NCBI GenBank assembly: GCA_038135395.1
Contig: JAYPXD010000004.1
Location: 1 to 31,702, forward strand
Source of the DNA: Alphaproteobacteria bacterium
GTDB taxonomy: Bacteria; Pseudomonadota; Alphaproteobacteria; Bin95
DNA length: 31,702 bases
Reading direction: 5' to 3'
The notes beneath the pieces were generated by a model. It saw nothing but the letters and a program-made list of their open reading frames with translations, was not told the origin of the DNA and ran no database searches. A program made the translations under genes and the position numbers. Each line of letters starts with the position of its first letter. Positions within the stretch are counted from its first letter, which is position 1. Below, piece by piece: positions 9,684 through 16,915 of this stretch.

Positions 9684-10538
9684 TCAGTTGCCGCTATAGT
9701 CCACGACCGTGTGCTCCTGGTCGCCCAGACCCTCGATCCCACAGCGCATGATATCGCCCGGCTGCATATAACGCGGGGTCGGCTTGGCGCCATGGCCGAC
9801 GCCGGCGGGCGTGCCGGTCGCCAACACGTCGCCCGGCAGGAAGGTCATGAAGCGCGACAGGTCGGCGATGCAGCGCGCCACGCTGAACACCAGATTGGCC
9901 GTGGTGCCATCCTGGTAACGCACGCCATTCACCTCGCACCAGATTTTCAGGTTATCCGGATTCGGCACCGCATCCGCCGTCACCAGCCAGGGGCCGAGCG
10001 GCCCAAAATTGTCGGCGCTCTTGCCTTTGACCGAGCCGCCGCCATGCTCCATCTGGAATTCACGCTCGGATATATCGTTGAAGGTCGCATAACCGGCGAC
10101 ATGCTTCAGCGCGTCGGCCTCGGAAACGTAGCGGCAGGTGGAGCCGAATATCACCGCCAACTCGATCTCGTGGTCCAGCTTCTTGCTGTTCTTCGGCCGG
10201 ATGATCGGGTCGAAGGGGCCACAGAGCGAGTTGATCGCCTTGTTGAAAATCTGCGGCTCCGGCGGCGGCGCCTTGCCCACTTCCTCGGCATGGTCTTTGT
10301 AGTTCAGACCGATGCAGATCATCTTGCCGATGCCGCGCACCGGTGCGCCGAGCCGGGGATTGCCGGGGACCAGCGGCAAGGTCTTGGGCTCAATCGAGCG
10401 CAGGATATCCAGCGCAATCGGGTCCAACTGGTCCGGGGTGATGTCGGCGATCACATAAGACAGGTCGCGAAGCTGGCCGGCATCATCCAACATGCCGGGC
10501 TTCTCGGCACCGGCTTCACCGTAACGAACGAGGCGCAT
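9684..10538 (-). CDS. Fumarylacetoacetate hydrolase family protein
   Basis: MRLVRYGEAGAEKPG, KMICIGLNYKDHA, LDHEIEL, NDISER, KGKSADNFGPLGPWLVT, PGDVLATGTPAGVG; RBS GGAGG. Confidence 0.92.
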   Translation of the reverse strand: MRLVRYGEAGAEKPGMLDDAGQLRDLSYVIADITPDQLDPIALDILRSIEPKTLPLVPGNPRLGAPVRGIGKMICIGLNYKDHAEEVGKAPPPEPQIFNKAINSLCGPFDPIIRPKNSKKLDHEIELAVIFGSTCRYVSEADALKHVAGYATFNDISEREFQMEHGGGSVKGKSADNFGPLGPWLVTADAVPNPDNLKIWCEVNGVRYQDGTTANLVFSVARCIADLSRFMTFLPGDVLATGTPAGVGHGAKPTPRYMQPGDIMRCGIEGLGDQEHTVVDYSGN

Positions 10539-10590
10539 AAGGGTTCCTCCTATTCAGGCAATACAAGCGATAGACAGAGAAAGGCAGCGG

Positions 10591-11502
10591 CTAAACGATT
10601 GCAATCGGCCGCACCGGCGAGCCGGTCGCGCCCTTGAATTTGATCGGCACCATATTGAGGCAGAAGCTGTAGATGCCAGCCTTTGCCAAGGCATCCAGCG
10701 CCAAGTTCTCGACCAGATAGACGCCGGCCTCCGCCAGGCAATGCTGATGGACCGGCATCAGCGCCTCGTGTTTTTCAGCCGGCAACACTTCAACCGCCAT
10801 ATTGTCCGCGCCGATGGCGACGACGTCCTGACCTGTCAGCCAATGCGCAGCAGCCTCGTTCAAGCCCGGTTCGCCGGAGAGGAATTTCTCGTTGTCCGTC
10901 ATGAAGAACCGGCCCCAGCCCGTGCGAACGAAGACCACATCGCCGGGACGAAGCGCCAACCTGGCCTTGTCTAAGGCCCGCTTCAGGTCATCCGGCCCGA
11001 CAGACCGGCCATTTTCCAAATAGTCGCCGCCATCCGCGCCGGCGACATCCAGCATGACGCCGCGGGTGATGATCGGCGGGCAGTGTTCGATACCCAGGTT
11101 CAGCAGGCCCCAGTCGTCGACCGTATCGTCGACCTTGAAGCCGCCATAGAGATAATCGCCCTTCGAGAAATGCCCCAGCGCGTCCATGTGCGTGCCGGTG
11201 TGGGTTGTCATCTCGATGCGTTCCAGGTTCGAGCCGGCATCGTTGGTCGCGCCCATGGCGCGGCGGCGCTTGACCGAGTTCCGGGCCGTCGAGGAGGCGC
11301 TCATGATGAAAGGGGTCTGGGCCGGTTTGAAGCCCGGCGCGCCCATCTGGGTTTCAAAGGACAGATCCCAGACTTCGCCGCGTTGCACCTCGCGCAGCGC
11401 CTGCAGTGTATTTGCGGGCGTCAGCAACCGGCCGGCGCCGAGTTGATCGCCCTCGCCCCATTTGTCGGCCCAGTGGCGGTGGTCGTGTACGCATTTGGTC
11501 AT
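10591..11502 (-). CDS. Cyclase family metal-dependent hydrolase (kynurenine formamidase/isatin hydrolase-like)
   Basis: WGEGDQLGA, metal motif HTGTHMDALGH, GDVVFVRTGW, HQHCL..AGVYLVENL, GATGSPVRPIA. Confidence 0.88.
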   Translation of the reverse strand: MTKCVHDHRHWADKWGEGDQLGAGRLLTPANTLQALREVQRGEVWDLSFETQMGAPGFKPAQTPFIMSASSTARNSVKRRRAMGATNDAGSNLERIEMTTHTGTHMDALGHFSKGDYLYGGFKVDDTVDDWGLLNLGIEHCPPIITRGVMLDVAGADGGDYLENGRSVGPDDLKRALDKARLALRPGDVVFVRTGWGRFFMTDNEKFLSGEPGLNEAAAHWLTGQDVVAIGADNMAVEVLPAEKHEALMPVHQHCLAEAGVYLVENLALDALAKAGIYSFCLNMVPIKFKGATGSPVRPIAIV

Positions 11503-11551
11503 GGCTTTGGCGGTTCCTCGCGTTTGGGATTTGACTCACCATACCGTCGCC

Positions 11552-11584
11552 AAACGCAAAGGGGGAGACCCGATGGCCTCCCCC
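11552..11584 (-). terminator. Intrinsic terminator downstream of icd
   Basis: GGGGGAGACC-CGAT-GGCCTCCCCC stem; the minus strand continues TTTGCGTTT. Confidence 0.6.
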
Positions 11585-11612
11585 AATGCAGAACTGGGCT
11601 GATTTCAGGGTA

Positions 11613-12827
11613 TCAGGCCAACACCCGCGCCAGGTTCCGATCCAGCGTGTCCAGGAATTCCATGGTCATCATCCAATCCTGTTCAGGGCCAACCAAAATC
11701 GCCAGATCTTTGGTCATCGCGCCATGTTCCACGCATTGGACGCACACCTGCTCCAAGGCCTCGGCGAAGAATTCGAGGTCGGGCGTATCGTCCATCTTGG
11801 CGCGGTATTTCAATGCCTGCGTCCAGGCGAAGATCGAGGCGATCGGGTTCGTCGATGTCACCCGGCCCTGCTGGTGCATGCGGTAATGCCGCGTGACGGT
11901 GCCATGGGCGGCTTCGGCTTCGACCGTATTGCCATCCGGCGTCAGAAGCACGCTGGTCATCAGACCCAGAGACCCATATCCCTGCGCCACCGTATCCGAC
12001 TGCACATCGCCATCGTAATTCTTGCAGGCCCAAACATAGCCGCCCTCCCATTTCAGGCAGCAGGCGACCATGTCGTCGATCAGGCGATGCTGGTAGGTCA
12101 GGCCATGCTGGTCGAACTGGGCCTTGAACTCCCGGTCGAACACCTCCTGGAACAGGTCTTTGAACCTGCCGTCATAGCCTTTCAGGATGGTGTTCTTGGT
12201 AGACAAATAGACGGGAAATTTACGCTGCAATCCATAGTTGAGGCAGGCGCGGGCAAACCCGCGGATCGACTCGTCGATGTTGTACATCGCCAGAGCAATG
12301 CCCGCTTCCTCGAACTGGAACACTTCGTGCTCAATCGCCGGACCGCCGTCTGCCGGTTCAAATTTCAGCGTCAGCTTGCCCGCCCCCGGCACCAGCATAT
12401 CGGTCGCCCGGTATTGATCCCCGAACGCGTGCCGGCCGATGATGATCGGCTTGGTCCAGCCCGGCACCAACCGCGGCACATTCTTGCAGATAATCGGCTC
12501 GCGAAAGACGGTACCGCCCAGAATGTTGCGGATCGTTCCGTTCGGCGAGCGCCACATTTCCTTCAGTCCGAATTCAGCGACCCGGGCCTCATCCGGCGTG
12601 ATGGTTGCGCACTTGACGCCCACGCCAAACTCCTGGATCGCGTGCGCGGCGTCCACGGTAATTTGGTCGTCGGTGCGATCCCGCATTTCCATCGAAAGGT
12701 CGAAATATTTCAGATCGATGTCGAGATAGGGCAGGATTAACTTCTTTTTGATGAAGTCCCACATGACCCGAGTCATCTCGTCTCCATCGAGCTCGACAAT
12801 GGGGGATTTCACACGAATTTTGGCCAT
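11613..12827 (-). CDS. icd: NADP-dependent isocitrate dehydrogenase (eukaryote-like subfamily II)
   Basis: [79 protein letters not shown]; 404 aa from ATG 12827. Confidence 0.97.
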   Translation of the reverse strand: MAKIRVKSPIVELDGDEMTRVMWDFIKKKLILPYLDIDLKYFDLSMEMRDRTDDQITVDAAHAIQEFGVGVKCATITPDEARVAEFGLKEMWRSPNGTIRNILGGTVFREPIICKNVPRLVPGWTKPIIIGRHAFGDQYRATDMLVPGAGKLTLKFEPADGGPAIEHEVFQFEEAGIALAMYNIDESIRGFARACLNYGLQRKFPVYLSTKNTILKGYDGRFKDLFQEVFDREFKAQFDQHGLTYQHRLIDDMVACCLKWEGGYVWACKNYDGDVQSDTVAQGYGSLGLMTSVLLTPDGNTVEAEAAHGTVTRHYRMHQQGRVTSTNPIASIFAWTQALKYRAKMDDTPDLEFFAEALEQVCVQCVEHGAMTKDLAILVGPEQDWMMTMEFLDTLDRNLARVLA

Positions 12828-12915
12828 AACCGAAAGTGGCTTTCTGCAACGAACTGGCACAGTCCCGAAGAGGCGCGAAATCAGGACCTCCGCCTTGCGG
12901 CACTAGATAGCCGAT

Positions 12916-13464
12916 CTAGTCTTGGAGTCCCAGCGCTGCGAACGCCGATTCGATGGATGATTCGACGCGATACAAATCTCGGATGCTTTCCCCGGCAAAA
13001 TCCTGCCGGATGGCTTGAGACAGAGCGCCGGTGAACGACGACCAGAAATCGTCCTCGCTTAACAAAACCAGCGGCTTGTCGATCCGGCAGAGCTGTCGCC
13101 AGGTCAACACCTCTAAAATCTCATCCAGGGTGCCCAATCCACCGGGCAAGGCCAGGAAGCCGTCCGACAAATCGAACATGGTTTGTTTCCGTTCGAACAT
13201 GTCGCCGGTCACGATCAATCGGCTGAGCCGGTCGTGTTGGCGCTCTGCATGCCGCAGGAACTCTGGGATAACGCCGGTAACGTGCCCGCCAGCCTCCAAG
13301 ACGCTGTCGCTGACCGAGCCCATCAATCCCAGAGCGCCGCCGCCATACACCAGCCCAATCCGCCGCTGCGCCAACCGATGACCAACCCTTTCAGCAAGAT
13401 CGCGATAGCCGGGCGAGCCGCCAAAGCGAGACCCGCAAAATACGCAGATAGCGCTGCCTGTCAT
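12916..13464 (-). CDS. LOG family nucleotide phosphoribohydrolase (TIGR00730-type)
   Basis: ICVFCGS, LVYGGGALGLMG, MFERKQ, PGGLGTLDE; RBS AAAGGA before ATG 13464. Confidence 0.9.
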   Translation of the reverse strand: MTGSAICVFCGSRFGGSPGYRDLAERVGHRLAQRRIGLVYGGGALGLMGSVSDSVLEAGGHVTGVIPEFLRHAERQHDRLSRLIVTGDMFERKQTMFDLSDGFLALPGGLGTLDEILEVLTWRQLCRIDKPLVLLSEDDFWSSFTGALSQAIRQDFAGESIRDLYRVESSIESAFAALGLQD

Positions 13465-13550
13465 CAAACATCCTTTCGTGGTCAAGAGAACACCATCACC
13501 ATTTGGCGCGCCCCACGACAGTATCTAGTTGCGGAGAACCATTCACCTTC

Positions 13551-13559
13551 TGCTATAAC
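13551..13559 (+). promoter_or_regulatory. Candidate extended -10 element for the LysM gene
   Basis: TGCTATAAC (TGn-TATAAC) about 30 nt upstream of the inferred start; no clear -35. Confidence 0.35.
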
Positions 13560-13590
13560 CACAGCAAATTTGCGAAAGGACCGACTGACT

Positions 13591-14559
13591 GTGCGAGTAG
13601 TTGTCGCGGTAGGTGTTGTTGCTGCCACAATGGCCGCCGCTGCGACGGCGCTAAACAAATGGTACCCCGAGTGGCGCCCGGTGCCTCAAGGCCAGATCGC
13701 ACGGGTTGAGGTCCAATCCACGCCGCTACCCCTGGAAGCTCCGAAGGCCCCGGCTCGTCAAGCAAAATCCATCACTGCCCCTGCAGTAGAACAGAACCGG
13801 CAGGCAAACGGGCAGCCCATGCCGATTCCAAAAACACAAGGAGGATTGGCGGACACCAAGTCAGGTACCAATCCGTCGGTGGCGAATGCAGAGCCGAAGC
13901 GCACGGACCAAAGCGCAGACGGTATGGACAAGACGAATGGCAGCGGCTTCGGTGAGACGACGCCTGTTGCGGCGGAAGCGCAACTTCAGCCCGTCGCCGC
14001 GCCGATCGTTCCCGTCTCGAAAGAATCGGTCGCGGCCGCCATCAAAGTCGCAGCCGCGACTCCCGATCCGCACCGGCCAATCGCCGGGCAACTTTCGGTG
14101 ATGCGGATCGACTATGACAGCGAGGGGCGTGTCGTCCTCAGGGGTTCCGCCGAACCGAACAGCCCGGTGCGTGTTTCCCTCAGCGGCGAAGCGTTGGGCG
14201 TCGTGACATCTAATGCCGAGGGCCAATGGCAATTGATCCCGCAAAAACGGATCAATGTCGGCCGTTATACGCTGCAGGCTGAAGCCCTTGGCGCTGCCAA
14301 CACGGCAATCTCATCGGTCGAACTGCCCTTCGAACAGGCAAAAAATTTGCAGGACCTGCCGAACGAGGACCGGTGGGTTGTGCAACCCGGCAACAATTTG
14401 TGGCGCCTCTCCAAGAGCTTTTACGGCGCTGGCGTGCTTTATCCCGTAATATTCGACGCCAACAGGGACATAATCGACGATCCGGACCTGATTTATCCGG
14501 GACAAATATTCCGTATCCCATCCGTCGAAACCGCCGAGCTCCACGCCGGGCAGCGATGA
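13591..14559 (+). CDS. LysM peptidoglycan-binding protein (N-terminal anchor, low-complexity linker, Ig-like domain, C-terminal LysM)
   Basis: C-terminal VVQPGNNLWRLSKSFYGAG..YPVIFDANRDIIDDPDLIYPGQIFRIP; IDYDSEGRVVLRGSAEP Ig-like segment; RBS AAAGGA before GTG 13591. Confidence 0.87.
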   Translation: MRVVVAVGVVAATMAAAATALNKWYPEWRPVPQGQIARVEVQSTPLPLEAPKAPARQAKSITAPAVEQNRQANGQPMPIPKTQGGLADTKSGTNPSVANAEPKRTDQSADGMDKTNGSGFGETTPVAAEAQLQPVAAPIVPVSKESVAAAIKVAAATPDPHRPIAGQLSVMRIDYDSEGRVVLRGSAEPNSPVRVSLSGEALGVVTSNAEGQWQLIPQKRINVGRYTLQAEALGAANTAISSVELPFEQAKNLQDLPNEDRWVVQPGNNLWRLSKSFYGAGVLYPVIFDANRDIIDDPDLIYPGQIFRIPSVETAELHAGQR

Positions 14560-14628
14560 CCCAATCGTGAAATGCCGGTTTGTCCGATGGAGCTTGCGCC
14601 TCGGACGCTTGCGCCGTACCTAGACGGA

Positions 14629-15390
14629 ATGCGAGTTGCCTATGTTCAAGCCAAAGCCCTGGCGGCAGCAATATACTGCCTAGCGGCTCTAGTCTTCGGT
14701 GGCACCCCGGCTGCTCAGGCTGAATCCGACAATGCTCCGGTTCTGGTGGAATTGTTCACCTCGCAGGGCTGCTATTCCTGCCCGCCGGCGGATCGCCTGT
14801 TGGGCCAGCTGGCCGCGGAAGGAAATGTCGTCGCGCTGGCGTTTCACGTAACCTATTGGGATCGGCTCGGCTGGCCGGATCCCTTCGGGTCAGAGGCCGG
14901 AACCAAGCGCCAGTACCGATACGGGCAAAATTTCCGCAGCGGCAGCGTGTACACGCCGCAGTTGGTCATCGATGGCCAGTCGCACGAAGTCGGCTCGAAC
15001 GAAACGCGGGTGCGAGCCGCGATCCGGGCGGCTCAACGGCAAGCGCATCCGGCCGCACCGACCTTACAATGGCTTCCGGACCATAGCCTTCAGGTGACGC
15101 TTCCCGATGCTGCTGAGGCGGCGGGCGCCACGATCTGGCTGGCGCAGTACGACCGCAAACAGCAAACCGACATCCTGCGCGGCGAGAACGGCGGCAAGCG
15201 GCTGGACTACCACCAGATTGTCCGGGACCAGAAGGTCCTGGGCGTATTCGACGGAAAATCCCAGACGCTCCGCACTTCGGTACAGCCCCTCGGTCAAGCG
15301 GCATGGGGCGTCGCCGTCATCGTCCAACAGCGCGGCCAACAACGGGTCTGGGGCGCAGCACTGCTGGATGCGCCCAAACCCGATGCATAA
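14629..15390 (+). CDS. DUF1223 thioredoxin-like secreted protein
   Basis: VLVELFTSQGCYSCPPAD, ALAFHVTYWDRLGWPDPF, VYTPQLVIDG, ILRGENGGKRL; signal peptide. Start approximate. Confidence 0.88.
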   Translation: MRVAYVQAKALAAAIYCLAALVFGGTPAAQAESDNAPVLVELFTSQGCYSCPPADRLLGQLAAEGNVVALAFHVTYWDRLGWPDPFGSEAGTKRQYRYGQNFRSGSVYTPQLVIDGQSHEVGSNETRVRAAIRAAQRQAHPAAPTLQWLPDHSLQVTLPDAAEAAGATIWLAQYDRKQQTDILRGENGGKRLDYHQIVRDQKVLGVFDGKSQTLRTSVQPLGQAAWGVAVIVQQRGQQRVWGAALLDAPKPDA

Positions 15391-15409
15391 GCAGAGAGCC
15401 TGAACCAAC

Positions 15410-16865
15410 ATGGCCGCCATTTGGTGCCGCAGACCGCTGGTGATCGCCGCGGCGTTTGTCGTTATCCTGACGCTCTGGCGACTTTCGGCATTGGCCACCG
15501 GCAACCTGGAATTGTTTTTTGACGAAGCCCAGTACTGGTTCTGGTCGCTGGACCCGGACTTCGGTTATTTCTCCAAACCACCTATGGTGGCTTGGCTAAT
15601 CGGGTTGGGGACCGCCGTCTTCGGTCATACCGAGTTCGCCGTGCGCATGACCTCGCCGCTGTGCTATGCCATTACTGCGGCACTGGTCGCCGGCATCGCC
15701 TGGTCGGTCTTTGCCGACGCGCCCTACCGCCGGACCGCCGCGGCCTGGGCCGCAATCACGGTCGCGACCTTGCCGGCGGTCAGTCTCTCGGCGCAACTGG
15801 CATCAACCGACGTGCCGCTGCTAATGTTTTGGGCGGCGGCCTTGCTGTGCCTGGTGCAATACTGGCGAAAGGGCGGTTGGTGGTGGATCGGCTTTGGCGT
15901 GGCGTTGGGCGGCGGGCTGATGAGCAAGTACGCAATGATCTATCTGCTGCTTTGCCTGACGGTCGCCCTGGTGTTGGTGCCGGAAACCCGCAGCCTGATG
16001 CGAACCAAAGGCCTGTGGTTCGGCATTGCCCTCGGCGCGCTGCTGTTCGCCCCGAACCTTTGGTGGAATTGGACCCATCAGCTGGCATCGTTCAACCACA
16101 CGGCGGCGAACGCGCATTGGGATGGGCAGTTGTTCAAGCCAAGCAAGCTTGCGGAATTCGCCGGTGCACAATTCGGAATCATGGGTCCGGTCTTGCTGGC
16201 GGCGTTCGGCTGGGCAGCCCTCACCTGGCGCCGCCTGACGCCGGGCGAGCGCCTGTTGATGGCGTTTTCCCTGCCGGTGCTGGTTTTGATGCTGGGACAG
16301 GCTTTGCTGTCGCGCGCACATGCCAATTGCTGTTACCTACATCGCTGCAACCGTCGTAGTGGTCGGCTGGCTGTTGCGGCATCAGCAGGAACGCTGGCTC
16401 GGTCGGTCGTTGGCGCTGCACGGTTTGGCGGTAATCGCCATACTGTATGGCGCGGCGGTGGCGCCATTGGTCGGCCTGGACCCATGGCACCGCATGCGCG
16501 GATGGCGGGCGATGGGCGAGGAAGTCGCTGCCAGGTTGGCGGAACGCCCCAATTCCCTGTTGATGGTCAGCGACCGGTCCGGCATGGCCGCCATGCTGTT
16601 TTACGTACAGCCCAGCCCTCCGGCCTGGGTCAAGCTTGGCAACAGCGATGCCGCCGGCGACCACTATGAGTTGGTCAGCAAAACGACGGAAATCGGGTCG
16701 AAGCCCGTGTTGTACCTTTCCCGCTGGGGCGGAGGCGACCGCGTGCCAGAGGATCTTGCCGCCAGGTTCGAGACGATCGCGCCTGCCGCACCGGTCCGCC
16801 GGCAGCGGCCGACCCGGCCGGCCGAGGTATATCATGCGTTTTGGCTGGATGGCTTCAAAGGATAG
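15410..16865 (+). pseudogene. Glycosyltransferase family 39 (ArnT/PMT-like) split by a frameshift near 16328; real lesion or sequencing error
   Basis: N-terminal frame: FFDEAQYWFWS, GYFSKPPMVAW, GLMSKY, PNLWWN up to SRAHAN. The hydrophobic continuation AVTYIAATVVVVGWLL..DPWHRMRGW..YHAFWLDGFKG* is in another frame. Confidence 0.8.
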
Positions 16866-16915
16866 CCCGCCCGGACACCGCGGAATTGCCGTCATTGCAG
16901 CTTGCGCTTCGGCAG

